Below are positions 49,697 through 59,565 of a DNA stretch of 64,000 nucleotides, piece after piece; position 1 is the first letter of the stretch; every line of letters starts with the position of its first letter. Source of the stretch: an uncultured Achromobacter sp. (GTDB lineage: Bacteria; Pseudomonadota; Gammaproteobacteria; Burkholderiales; Burkholderiaceae_B); contig CAUSDE010000026.1 in NCBI GenBank assembly GCA_963530045.1, positions 10,417 to 74,416 of the forward strand. The letters are read 5' to 3'. The notes beneath the pieces are model-generated. The model saw only the letters and a list, made by a program, of their open reading frames with translations. It was not told the origin of the DNA and ran no database searches. Position numbers and translations under genes: made by a program.

Positions 49697-52600
49697 ATGA
49701 AAACGAGAAACAAGAAAGCACCGCATTACGCCACGCAATATGGCGCTACGACCAGAAGTGAATTTACCGGGGTAATGACGCGCCGCCCGCAGGCGGTTGC
49801 GATTTCCCGAAGTTTCGTCCCGGCATGGGCGATCGGCGGCGCGATGTTGCTGAGCTCGGCGATGGCGCATGGGACGGTGATTGGCGTCGGAGATATACAC
49901 GAGCTGCCATTCACTCCCTTGGACAACGCGCCGGTTCACATGGCGGGCGGCACATTGGTGGCGCATATGGATGCCGCCCTTTCCCCGCTGCAAAAACTGG
50001 TATTCGAGGAGAATACAGGCAGCGTCGTGACGGTAAACCAATTTTCCACATTGACGATCGGCGGCGGCGTGGATTTGCGAGGCATTGCGCATTTCGGCGA
50101 GATTGGTAGCCTGGGTGTTATCCAGTTGACGGACGGAGGCCCGATTACGGTCGGCGCGGAAGGCGGATTCACGGTAATGGGTGGCACGCTTAGAAATGCG
50201 GCAGGAAGCGACGCACTGAGCGGGCTTACCCGCCAAGTTGCTTCGACCTACGTCCACCAAGGCGGCACGCTGGACTTTCAAGGCGGCACCGCGCACATCA
50301 AGAATCTGCAAGGCAATGGCACCGTCAATGCCGGTTTCGGTTCGCCGGAAGCGCTGGTTGTGGAACAGGGCAACTTCTCCGGTGCGATACTCGGTGGGGC
50401 AAAGTTCAAGAAAGTCTCCTCGGGCACGTTTGAATATCATCACGACCAAGGCTTGAGCGGTGTGATCGAGGTGGCGCAAGGCACTCTGCTGGCTGGCGGA
50501 ACTGGAAGCTATGGCACCGCAGGCAAGAGCATCCTCAATAACGGCTCGCTCGTGTTCAAGTGGTTCGCGGGCGGTGTCTCGGGGGACATTTCGGGGTCCG
50601 GCAACGTGGATGCGACCGTGAATTCGCTGGTCGCGCTGACCGGAACGAACACCTATAGCGGCACCACGAAGATCGACCACACCTCGCAGATCATTCTTGC
50701 CGACGCCGGTGCGCCGACGGACTCGTCGAGCACGCTGGGGACCGGCGCGGTCTTGAATGACGGCAGGCTCAGCAATCAACGGGCCGGCCGCACGCTTATT
50801 GCCAATGGCATCTCGGGGAACGGCGCCGTATTTCACAGCAGTCCGGGCTGGTTGACGCTTTCGGGAGACAACACCTACAGCGGCGGGACAGAGATCACTA
50901 GCGGCGGCACGCTGGAAATCGGAACCGGCGGCTCGACGGGAAGCCTGGGAACGGGATATTTGGCCACCGCTGCGGGGAGCACGCTGATCTTCAACCGTGG
51001 CGACGATTTCTCCGTGGCCAACAACATGTCGTATTCGGAGTCGACCCTTATCAAAAAGGGCGCCGGCACGATGACCGTCACGGGCCCTACGGGCGGATTC
51101 AATGCGCTGGTGGACATCCAGAGCGGCACGATCCGGTATGTGAACGCGCCGGGCTCATCGATGATCCCCCCGGGAAACATCAATATTGCGCAGGGCGCGC
51201 AAGTGGTCTTTGACAACGCCGAGATCTTTCCTTCCGGCGAACGGTTTACAGGACAGGGGACGATCCGCAAGACCGGCGCGGCACGATTCCATTACTCGGG
51301 CGACAGCTCTGGATTTTCCGGCTCCACCATTATCGACGGGGGAGAACTCTATCTGGCGAATGGTTGGCTGGGCGGCACCGTGACCATCAACGCCGGCGGA
51401 CGCTTGCAGGGCACGGGCCGAGTCGGGACGACGGACATCCTGGCCGGCGGCATGCTGGTCAGCTCGGGTTATTCCCGTTTGCGGATCAACGGCGACCTGT
51501 CTCTCAAGGACGGTTCCACGTTCCGCTATTACCTGGGCGATCCCGGGCCCGACGCGGCCAACGCCGGCACGACCGGTTCCACCCGGGTTGTCGGCAACCT
51601 GGACCTGAACGCCAAGCTGCAGATTCGCGACAATGCGCAGCCGACCATCGGCTACTACCGCTTGTTCACCTACGGCGGTACGTTGAGCGGGAATGGGCTG
51701 ACGCTGGACACGATCCCGGCAGACCACACTCGGGACCAGTTCTTGATCGATACCACGCGTGCCGGCTTCGTCGACCTGCGCGTGGCTCCCGCTACGACGC
51801 CTGATGCTTTGCTGGTCTGGACCGGTGGCTCAGGAACGTGGGGGGCAGGTGGCCTGCAGTGGGAGGCGGATGGCCAGCCGGGCTGGTCGGGTGCCTGGGG
51901 CCAGCAGCATGCTGTGTTCAAAGGCGCCGCCGGTCTGGTCTCGGTCTCCGGCACTCAGACATTCAAGGGCTTGCAGTTCGTGTCCGACGGCTGGCAGATC
52001 GGGCCTCTTGCCGGCACAGGCGGGGCCTTGCAGATGGCGGGTGACGGTAGTGAACTGCGCGTGCTGGCCGGCGTGACCGCCACGGTCGGCGCGCCGATTC
52101 AGGGCGCCAGCGTGTTGGACAAAACGGGCGGCGGCACCTTGGTGCTGGACGGTGTGAACGGCCACACCGGCGGCACCCGACTGTCCGAAGGCGTGCTCAG
52201 TGTGTCGCAGGACGCCAGCCTGGGCGATGGCGCAAGCGACTTGATGTTCAACGGCGGCACGCTGCGCGTAACGGGCCAGAGCTTCTCGCAGACAGCGCGC
52301 AATCTGCAGTGGAGCGCGCAGGGCGGGGCATTCGATATCGCGTCGGCCAGCAATCGCTTCACGGTGGGGCAGGCGCTGTCGGGTGCGGGCGATCTGGTCA
52401 AGCTGGGTGCCGGCACGCTGGTGCTGACGGGCACCAACGCCTACGGCAACACGCGCGTTGAAGCCGGTACGCTGGTGGGCAATACGGATTCGATCCGCGG
52501 CAATTTGCAGAACAACGGTTTCGTCGTGTTCGATCAGGCCTCTAGCGGAACGTTTGGCGGCGACATCTCGGGCTCGGGCGAAGCCACCAAGACTGGCGCG

Positions 52601-54487
52601 GGTGTCCTGACCTTGTCGGGCCGCAGCGTACAGAACTGGCGCGTGACGGCCGGTACGCTGGCCGCCTCGGGCGGCGCCCTGTCCGGCAATGTGGACGTGG
52701 GAGCGGCCGGAGCGTTGCATCTGGACGCCCCGCAATCGAGTACCTATTCGGGCGTCTTGTCCGGAACGGGCGGCTTGTCCAAGACCGGCGCAGGCATGCT
52801 GGCGTTGACCGGCGACAGCGCGGGTTTCGCCGGAACCACCCGCATCGATCAAGGCATCTTGTCGGTCGGCATCAATGGGCAGGGCAAGCTGGGCGGCCAG
52901 GTGACGGTGGCCCGCGACGCCGTGCTGCAAGGAACGGGCACCGTGGGCGGCACCACCGTGCAGGCGGGCGGCGTCATCGCGCCGGGGAACTCCATCGGCA
53001 CGTTGCATGTGGCCGGCGACCTGACGCTGGAAGCCGGTTCGGTGTACCGGGTCGAGGCAGATCCGCAGTCCAATAACAGCGACCGCATCGCCGTCAGCGG
53101 CACCGCCAACCTGGGCGGTTCGGTGGTGCACGTCGGCCCGGACGGCAATCTGGCGGGCGAGCGCAGCTATACCATCCTGACCGCCAACCGGATCAACGGG
53201 GCATTCTCTTCCGCATCGTCCGAGTTCGCGTATCTGGACGCGAACCTGGGCTACGACGCCCAGGCCGTAACGCTGCGTCTGGACCGCAAGCGCGTGCCGG
53301 TGGACCCGTCCACGCCGTCCACGCCGGGCACTCGTCCGGTGCGTTTCGCCGACGCCGCAAGCACGTCGAACCAGCGCGCCACCGCGAATGCGCTGGACAG
53401 CCTGTCCGGTGCGAACCCGCTGTATCAGTACGTGCTGACCCTGCCGGAAGGCGCACCCGCCGGGGTGTTCGACAGCCTGTCCGGTGAAACGCATGCCAGC
53501 GTGACGTCCAGCCTGAACAATCTGAGCGGACTGTCGCGGAACTTGCCGTTCAAGAGCTTGCGCGCCAATCTGGATGCGGGCCTTGCGCCGGGCGCCGCCA
53601 CCGCGCAGGCAGCCGGCACGTCGCCCGCATCGGCACTGCCGGGGTCGGCGGCGCAACCCGCCTGGGCCGAGCTTGTCGGCACCTGGCAGACGCTGGATGG
53701 CAACGGCAACGCCTCGCGCGTGGATCAGCGTACCGGCGGCGTGTTCGTCGGCGCTGACCACGCGGTGGGCGGCGGTTGGCGCCTGGGCGGCGCGTTGGGT
53801 TACACCGACAGCCGCATCCGGGTAGACGCGAATTCGTCCAAGGCGGACGTCGATAGCTACAGCGCGACGGTCTATGGCGGCAAGGCGTTCCAGGCCGGGC
53901 CGGGCAAGATCAATCTGCTGGTTGGCGCGGGCTACACCTGGCACGACATTTCCACGACGCGCAACGTCGCGGTCGCAGGCCAGCAAGACAAGCTGACCGC
54001 CGACTATGGCGCCAGCACCGGTCAGCTCTTTACCGAACTGGGCTATGCGTGGCCGGTGGCCGAGCGGACGCAGCTGGAGCCCTTCGCGGGTGTGGCGTGG
54101 TCCGACACGCGTACCCGCGGCTTCCAGGAATCGGGCGGCGTGGCGGCGTTGAGCGGGGAAAGCAACCGCAATTCGCTGACCACGACCACGCTGGGCCTGC
54201 GCGGCAAGACGGCGTTTACCGCCGGCAAGACGGAAGGCGTGCTGCGTGCCGCCGCCGGTTGGCGCCATGCGTTCGGCGACGTCGAATCGCAAACGCGACT
54301 GGCCTTCAACGGCAGCCAGCCGTTCACGGTCTCGGGCGCACCGCTGGCGCGTGACGCGGCATTCACCGAACTGGGTGTGGATATCGCGGTGTCGCGTTCT
54401 GCCACGATCGGCATCAGCTATAGCGGCCAGTTCGGCGGCGGCAATCGCGAGAATGCGGGTACCGTGGGTGTAACGTGGCGGTACTGA
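49697..54487 (+). CDS. Type Va autotransporter with PATR repeats (AIDA-like adhesin)
   Basis: Long signal peptide; repeats such as LVKLGAGTLVLTGTNAY and APGNSIGTL; Pro linker; C-terminal beta-barrel ending VTWRY. Confidence 0.95.
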   Translation: MKTRNKKAPHYATQYGATTRSEFTGVMTRRPQAVAISRSFVPAWAIGGAMLLSSAMAHGTVIGVGDIHELPFTPLDNAPVHMAGGTLVAHMDAALSPLQKLVFEENTGSVVTVNQFSTLTIGGGVDLRGIAHFGEIGSLGVIQLTDGGPITVGAEGGFTVMGGTLRNAAGSDALSGLTRQVASTYVHQGGTLDFQGGTAHIKNLQGNGTVNAGFGSPEALVVEQGNFSGAILGGAKFKKVSSGTFEYHHDQGLSGVIEVAQGTLLAGGTGSYGTAGKSILNNGSLVFKWFAGGVSGDISGSGNVDATVNSLVALTGTNTYSGTTKIDHTSQIILADAGAPTDSSSTLGTGAVLNDGRLSNQRAGRTLIANGISGNGAVFHSSPGWLTLSGDNTYSGGTEITSGGTLEIGTGGSTGSLGTGYLATAAGSTLIFNRGDDFSVANNMSYSESTLIKKGAGTMTVTGPTGGFNALVDIQSGTIRYVNAPGSSMIPPGNINIAQGAQVVFDNAEIFPSGERFTGQGTIRKTGAARFHYSGDSSGFSGSTIIDGGELYLANGWLGGTVTINAGGRLQGTGRVGTTDILAGGMLVSSGYSRLRINGDLSLKDGSTFRYYLGDPGPDAANAGTTGSTRVVGNLDLNAKLQIRDNAQPTIGYYRLFTYGGTLSGNGLTLDTIPADHTRDQFLIDTTRAGFVDLRVAPATTPDALLVWTGGSGTWGAGGLQWEADGQPGWSGAWGQQHAVFKGAAGLVSVSGTQTFKGLQFVSDGWQIGPLAGTGGALQMAGDGSELRVLAGVTATVGAPIQGASVLDKTGGGTLVLDGVNGHTGGTRLSEGVLSVSQDASLGDGASDLMFNGGTLRVTGQSFSQTARNLQWSAQGGAFDIASASNRFTVGQALSGAGDLVKLGAGTLVLTGTNAYGNTRVEAGTLVGNTDSIRGNLQNNGFVVFDQASSGTFGGDISGSGEATKTGAGVLTLSGRSVQNWRVTAGTLAASGGALSGNVDVGAAGALHLDAPQSSTYSGVLSGTGGLSKTGAGMLALTGDSAGFAGTTRIDQGILSVGINGQGKLGGQVTVARDAVLQGTGTVGGTTVQAGGVIAPGNSIGTLHVAGDLTLEAGSVYRVEADPQSNNSDRIAVSGTANLGGSVVHVGPDGNLAGERSYTILTANRINGAFSSASSEFAYLDANLGYDAQAVTLRLDRKRVPVDPSTPSTPGTRPVRFADAASTSNQRATANALDSLSGANPLYQYVLTLPEGAPAGVFDSLSGETHASVTSSLNNLSGLSRNLPFKSLRANLDAGLAPGAATAQAAGTSPASALPGSAAQPAWAELVGTWQTLDGNGNASRVDQRTGGVFVGADHAVGGGWRLGGALGYTDSRIRVDANSSKADVDSYSATVYGGKAFQAGPGKINLLVGAGYTWHDISTTRNVAVAGQQDKLTADYGASTGQLFTELGYAWPVAERTQLEPFAGVAWSDTRTRGFQESGGVAALSGESNRNSLTTTTLGLRGKTAFTAGKTEGVLRAAAGWRHAFGDVESQTRLAFNGSQPFTVSGAPLARDAAFTELGVDIAVSRSATIGISYSGQFGGGNRENAGTVGVTWRY

Positions 54488-54567
54488 GCGTGCGTAAGCA
54501 AGACCGTCACTGAGGCCGGGGCGCCGTGGGGGCCGAGAGGCTTTTGCGGCATGGCTCGGCGCAAGAC

Positions 54568-54593
54568 CAGACGCCGCCTGCGGGCGGCGTCTG
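54568..54593. terminator. Hairpin between the convergent autotransporter and dadA
   Basis: CAGACGCCGCC-TGCG-GGCGGCGTCTG. Confidence 0.6.
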
Positions 54594-54610
54594 CCGTTTC
54601 AAGTGCCGCT

Positions 54611-55840
54611 TCAGACCGTCGGCAGCGTCTTCCCGACGCTTGCCGCCAGCATCTGCGCCGTGGCCGCCGACAGGGTCCATCCCAGGTGACCGTGCCCCGT
54701 GTTGTAGAACACGCCAGGGCGCTTGCCGGGACCGACACGCGGCATCATGTTGGGCGTCATGGGGCGCAGGCCGCACCAGGGCACCACGCGCGACGTCCGG
54801 ATGCCGGGGAAGTGCTTGCGCGTCCAATCGACCAGCGGCTGCACGCGTTCGGCGCGGATGTCCATGTTGAAGCCGTTGAACTCCGCCGTGCCCGCCACGC
54901 GGAAGCGGTCGCCCAGCCGGCTGGTGACAATCTTGGCGGCTTCGTCCAGCAGGCTGACGCTGGGCGCGGCCGCCTGGCTTTGCGCATCGTCCAGGTGCAC
55001 GCTGATGGAATAGCCCTTGACGGGATAGATGTTGAGCGAGTCGCCCATCTGCCGCGCGAACTTACGGCTGACCGCGCCTGCGCAGATGACGATGGCATCG
55101 GTTTCGTGCTGCTCGCGCACCGTGCCGCCTTCGCGCAGGACGTCCATCGCATAGGGACGGCCCTCGCGGCTGATCTGCTCGATGTCGGCGTCCTGAACGA
55201 ACGTGACGCCAAGGCGTTCGCAGGCCCGCGCCAGGCCGCTGGTGAATTTGTGGATGTCGCCAGTGGCGTCCGACGGCGTGTAGAAGCCGCCATAGCAATC
55301 CGTCTGCAGCGTGGGTTCGATGTTGCGGGCTTCGCTGCCCGACACGGCAAAGCGCTCCAGGCCGCCGGCCTGCAGCAGCGCATTCGAACGGCGGGCGGCG
55401 TCGAAGCTCGCCGCGTCGTGATAGATATGCAGGATCCCCCGGCGTTCCAGGTCGAAGTCGATGCCCTCGGCCTCGGCCATGTCGAACAGGTGCTGGCGCG
55501 CTTGGATCGCGAGCCGCGTGGTGGCGATGGTGTTTTCGCGGTAGTTCGGGATCTGCGCCATGAACTGCGCCAGCCACGAATACTTGTGCCAGCTGAACTT
55601 GGGGTTCAGCAATAGCGGCGCGTTCTTGCGCCACATCCAGCGCAGGCCCTTCAGAACGGTAGCGGTGCTGTTCCAGACCTCGGCGTTGCTGGCCGACAGC
55701 TGGCCGCCGTTGGCGTAGGACGTTTCCATGGCGGGATAGCGCTGGCGGTCGTAGACGGTGACCTGGTATCCCAGCTTGGACAAGGCGTAGGCGGACGTGA
55801 CGCCGGTGATACCGGCGCCAATGATGGCGATGCGGGGCAT
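54611..55840 (-). CDS. dadA: D-amino acid dehydrogenase family flavoprotein
   Basis: IIGAGITG, METSYANGGQLS, IYPVKGYSI, GLRPMTP, NTGHGHLGWT. Confidence 0.92.
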   Translation of the reverse strand: MPRIAIIGAGITGVTSAYALSKLGYQVTVYDRQRYPAMETSYANGGQLSASNAEVWNSTATVLKGLRWMWRKNAPLLLNPKFSWHKYSWLAQFMAQIPNYRENTIATTRLAIQARQHLFDMAEAEGIDFDLERRGILHIYHDAASFDAARRSNALLQAGGLERFAVSGSEARNIEPTLQTDCYGGFYTPSDATGDIHKFTSGLARACERLGVTFVQDADIEQISREGRPYAMDVLREGGTVREQHETDAIVICAGAVSRKFARQMGDSLNIYPVKGYSISVHLDDAQSQAAAPSVSLLDEAAKIVTSRLGDRFRVAGTAEFNGFNMDIRAERVQPLVDWTRKHFPGIRTSRVVPWCGLRPMTPNMMPRVGPGKRPGVFYNTGHGHLGWTLSAATAQMLAASVGKTLPTV

Positions 55841-55888
55841 GATGGCTCCAGATTGGGTGGCCGCGGCCCGAACTGGCCGCCGCACCCC

Positions 55889-56065
55889 ATCTGTCTTGGT
55901 ACCTGAGAGCTTCACCCGCTGCGCTGACGGCGGCGGGATCCCCTTCGGTGGGCGCGCACGGCGCCTCTCTCCAGATTGTCTAGACGCGCGCAGTCCTGTT
56001 GCCTGAGAGTTTCCGGGGCGGTTGCTCCGTCGGCGCCGGCCGCAAGGGCCAGTCTCTTCTGCGCG
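55889..56065 (-). ncRNA. Tandem glycine riboswitch
   Basis: Aptamer 1 GAAGAGA...CGCCGACGGAGCAA...CTCTCAGG..GGAC; aptamer 2 TCTGGAGAGA...CACCGAAGG...CTCTCAGGT..GACAGA. Confidence 0.9.
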
Positions 56066-56171
56066 GTTTTGAATCGACGGGATAGAGAATAGCCAAGTTC
56101 TTGTCGGATGGGATTCAGGGTAAGTACTATGTCGGGCGATCGACACCGGCCGGAATTGAAGGAATAGGACC

Positions 56172-57356
56172 ATGAGGATGCATGTTGAACGGGCCCGGCA
56201 CATTGCCTTGTCGGGGCTGGCGGTTTTGGCGCTGGGCGCAGGCGCTCCGCAGGCGTTTGCCGCGCCGACGCCTGCCGTGGACCCGACCGAGGCCAGCCGT
56301 AGCATCGACGAAGCCGCGCAGGCCGTGATGCGGGAATACGGCGTGCCCGGCATGGCGATCGCCATTACCCGGGACGGTCGGCAGCAGTTCTACAGCTATG
56401 GCGTGGCCTCGCGGCAGACCCAGGCCAAAGTCAGCCGCGACACCCTGTTCGAGGTGGGCTCGATCAGCAAGACCTACACCGCGACCTTGGCGGCCTATGC
56501 CGAAGTGCTGGGCAAGCTGTCGTTGAACGACAGCCCCGCACGCTTCCTGCCCGAATTGCAGGGGTCCGATTTCGCGAAGCTGACGCTCGTCCATCTGGGC
56601 ACGCATACCGGCGGGGGGTTTCCGCTGCAGGTGCCCGACGCCGTGCGTAACGACGCGCAGCTGATGGACTACCTGAAGGCCTGGACGCCGAAATACCCGG
56701 CAGGCACGTACCGCACCTACGCCAATCCCAGCATCGGCATGCTGGGCGTGGTGGCCGCCAAGAGCCTGGGCGAGCCGTTCACGAAGGCGATGGAAAAAAC
56801 GCTGTTTCCCAAGCTGGGGCTGACGCACACGTACATCGACGTGCCCGCCGCCGCGATGGCGGACTACGCGCAGGGCTACAACAAGCAGGATGCGCCGGTC
56901 CGCGTGAATCCCGGCGTGCTGGCGGCGGAGGCCTATGGCGTGAAGACCAGCGCGCGCGACCTCTTGCGTTTTGTCGAGGCCAACATGGATACAACGGGCG
57001 ACGCGGCTATCCAGCGCGCCGTCGCGCGCACCCATGTGGGCTATTACCGGATCGGGGACATGACGCAGGACCTGGCGTGGGAACAACTGGCCTATCCCGT
57101 GGCGCTGGACGCGCTGCTGACGGCCAACGCGGGCACGCTCAACAGCCAGAGCCACCCGGCAGCCGCACTGAATCCGCCGCTTGCGCCGCAGGATGCCGTG
57201 TGGATCAACAAGACGGGATCGACCAACGGCTTCGGGGCCTATGTGGCGTTCGTGCCGGCCAGGAAGGCGGGCATCGTCATCCTGGCCAACAAGAACTACC
57301 CGAACGAGGCCCGTGTGCGGCTGGCCTACCGGATATGGGAGGCGCTCGCCCCCTGA
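56172..57356 (+). CDS. ampC: Class C beta-lactamase
   Basis: Signal peptide, FEVGSISK (SxxK), YANPS (YxN), NKTGSTNGFG. Confidence 0.95.
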   Translation: MRMHVERARHIALSGLAVLALGAGAPQAFAAPTPAVDPTEASRSIDEAAQAVMREYGVPGMAIAITRDGRQQFYSYGVASRQTQAKVSRDTLFEVGSISKTYTATLAAYAEVLGKLSLNDSPARFLPELQGSDFAKLTLVHLGTHTGGGFPLQVPDAVRNDAQLMDYLKAWTPKYPAGTYRTYANPSIGMLGVVAAKSLGEPFTKAMEKTLFPKLGLTHTYIDVPAAAMADYAQGYNKQDAPVRVNPGVLAAEAYGVKTSARDLLRFVEANMDTTGDAAIQRAVARTHVGYYRIGDMTQDLAWEQLAYPVALDALLTANAGTLNSQSHPAAALNPPLAPQDAVWINKTGSTNGFGAYVAFVPARKAGIVILANKNYPNEARVRLAYRIWEALAP

Positions 57357-57359
57357 GCG

Positions 57360-58361
57360 TCAGTTGCGGTGCGCAGGCGCGGCATGGGCGCCGCCCGCGC
57401 GCGGCAGCAGCCCCATGATTTGCAATCGCTGGCATAGCTGCGCCAGGCGCTCCAGTTTGTAGGCGTCCACGTCCATGCCGGCGTAGTCGTAAAAGCCCTG
57501 GCCGTCGCGCAGGCCGTTGCGGCCTTCCTCCATGTTGCGGGCGATGACTTCGGGCGAGGCGAAGCGGGGGCCGATGGCTTCGGACAGGTAGCGCGACGCG
57601 TAGTAAAGGATGTCGCCGCCGCCCCAATCGATGAATTCCAGCAGGCCCAGCACCGAAAAGCGCAGGCCGAAGCCCAGCCGTACGGCGGTATCGATGTCTT
57701 CGGCGCTGGCGACGCCTTCCTCCACCATGCGCGCGGCCTCGTTCATGGCGAGTGCCTGGATGCGCGGCACGATGTAGCCCGCGGCCGGCGCGCACTGCAC
57801 CGGCACCTTGCCGGCCTGGCGCAACGCCTCCAGCAGCTCCTGGGCCGCGGCGTCGCGGGTCTGCGGCCCGCGGCTGACTTCCACCAGCGGAATCAGGGCG
57901 GCGGGATTCAACCAATGCGCATTCAGGAAGCGCTCGGGGTGCGGCACCAGTTCGGCCAGTTCGGTGACGAGGAAGGTGGACGTGGTGGACGCGATCACGC
58001 TGTCCGGCGCGCAGGCCTGTCCCAGCCACTGGAAGGCGTCGCGCTTGGCGTCCAGCCGTTCCGGCACGGCCTCGAACACGATGCGCGCGCCTCGCAGGTC
58101 GGCCACGGCGCCGTCGCGCCCGCACAGGCGCACCCTGCCGATGGCAGCGCCTGCCTGGCCGCCGTCCAGCAGGCCCAGCTGGCGGAACGTGGCGAGTTCG
58201 CGGCGCAGGTTGGCCAGCACGCGCGCGTCGTGCGCGGCTTGCTCCGCCAGCGGCCTAGGTTTGATGTCGATCAGCGTCACATCCCGGCCGGCCAGCAGGT
58301 AGGACAGGGTGATGCCTTCGCCCATGCGGCCGGCGCCGATCACGCAGATTCTGTCGGCCAT
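57360..58361 (-). CDS. 3-hydroxyacyl-CoA dehydrogenase-family protein
   Basis: IGAGRMG, EAVPE, STTS, AHWLNP, PLVE, GYIVPRIQ; alternative start 58370. Confidence 0.88.
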   Translation of the reverse strand: MADRICVIGAGRMGEGITLSYLLAGRDVTLIDIKPRPLAEQAAHDARVLANLRRELATFRQLGLLDGGQAGAAIGRVRLCGRDGAVADLRGARIVFEAVPERLDAKRDAFQWLGQACAPDSVIASTTSTFLVTELAELVPHPERFLNAHWLNPAALIPLVEVSRGPQTRDAAAQELLEALRQAGKVPVQCAPAAGYIVPRIQALAMNEAARMVEEGVASAEDIDTAVRLGFGLRFSVLGLLEFIDWGGGDILYYASRYLSEAIGPRFASPEVIARNMEEGRNGLRDGQGFYDYAGMDVDAYKLERLAQLCQRLQIMGLLPRAGGAHAAPAHRN

Positions 58362-58363
58362 GG

Positions 58364-59461
58364 TCAGCATCCTTGCGCCAGCAATTCGGCCATGCTGCGG
58401 CGCGACAGGGCGTCCAGTCCCAGGCCCTCGAGGGTGCGGCCTTCGGCGTACAGATCGCGTCCGGTGATGGCGCTGGCGAGGCTCAGCAAGCCTTGCGCCA
58501 CCGGGGTGGGGACATCTGCCCAACGGCCCGCCGACACCAGGAAAGACAGGCCCAGCCGCGTATCTTCGAGCATATAGCGGTGGGAGTGCAGGTCGATGGT
58601 TTCGCGCCAGTCGCCGCTGTCGGTCAGTTTGCCGTGGGCGCCGCGGCCGTACATCCATTCGTCGCCTTCGGAGGCGTAGTGGTCGGCCAGCGGAAAGTGC
58701 GGCGCGGCATAGCCCAACGCTTCGCGGATGGCGATGCGTTCGGCGTCCAGCGCGTCAGTCACGCGGCGGATCGAGGCCTGCGTGCCTTCGTTGTGGATGT
58801 CCCACTTGTCGAAGTGTTCCAGCGGGCCGGCGTTCATCATGATGAGGGGCGGGTGGATGATGGGGCCGGCATTCATCAGCGCGCCGGACAGGCCGTCTTC
58901 GATGGGTTCGATGGCGGGGTAAGCCTGCCGCAGCAGCGCAAGGGCTTCAGCGGACAGGCGGCTGGGAAACACGCCGGTAGGCAGGCGCGTGGCGTAGCCG
59001 CTGATCACCACCTTGTTGCCGTGCTTGCGGGCCAGGTAGGGCAGGGTGCCGGTTTCCGCATAGGCAACGCGGGCGGGGTTGCCCGCAACTTTCTGGGCGT
59101 GGGCGAAGAGGTAGCTGCCGAACGTGCCCGGCGGCAGGAACACGACCTGCCCGTCTCGCAACAGCGGGCCAAGCGCTGGCGCCAGCGCGTCGTGCGTCGT
59201 GGCGGGCAGCGGGATGACCAGCAGTTGCGCATGGGCTACCGCGTCGTCCAGGGCCTCTGCCAGTTGCAGATGGCCGGGGCCCGCGCCCACCGGGACCTGG
59301 CGTGTGCCGCGGTAGTCGGTGACCGTCAGCGCACCCGCGTCCCGCAAGCCCTGGAACGCGCTGCTGTCGCGACGCCACCAGCGTACGTCATGCCCATTTT
59401 CCGCCAGTTCGGCCGCCGCTGCATAGCAGCCGTGGCCGCCGCCAATTACGCTGATTCGCAT
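58364..59461 (-). CDS. NAD/NADP opine (octopine/nopaline) dehydrogenase family
   Basis: IGGGHG, ETGTLPY, NAGPIIHPP, LDAERIAI, RYMLED. Confidence 0.9.
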   Translation of the reverse strand: MRISVIGGGHGCYAAAAELAENGHDVRWWRRDSSAFQGLRDAGALTVTDYRGTRQVPVGAGPGHLQLAEALDDAVAHAQLLVIPLPATTHDALAPALGPLLRDGQVVFLPPGTFGSYLFAHAQKVAGNPARVAYAETGTLPYLARKHGNKVVISGYATRLPTGVFPSRLSAEALALLRQAYPAIEPIEDGLSGALMNAGPIIHPPLIMMNAGPLEHFDKWDIHNEGTQASIRRVTDALDAERIAIREALGYAAPHFPLADHYASEGDEWMYGRGAHGKLTDSGDWRETIDLHSHRYMLEDTRLGLSFLVSAGRWADVPTPVAQGLLSLASAITGRDLYAEGRTLEGLGLDALSRRSMAELLAQGC

Positions 59462-59565
59462 GATCAAGCTCCTTCGATAGAGGCTTGATCCTAGCGGCGG
59501 CGCGCGGCGCGGGCTGCGCAAAACGCGCAAGCGCCATTCCGATCCGGCAAGGGAATGGGCCGCGC

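Noticed and set aside
50996..51004. RGD motif in the autotransporter
   Set aside because: Falls in the FNR(S/G)D position typical of these passenger repeats; probably incidental.
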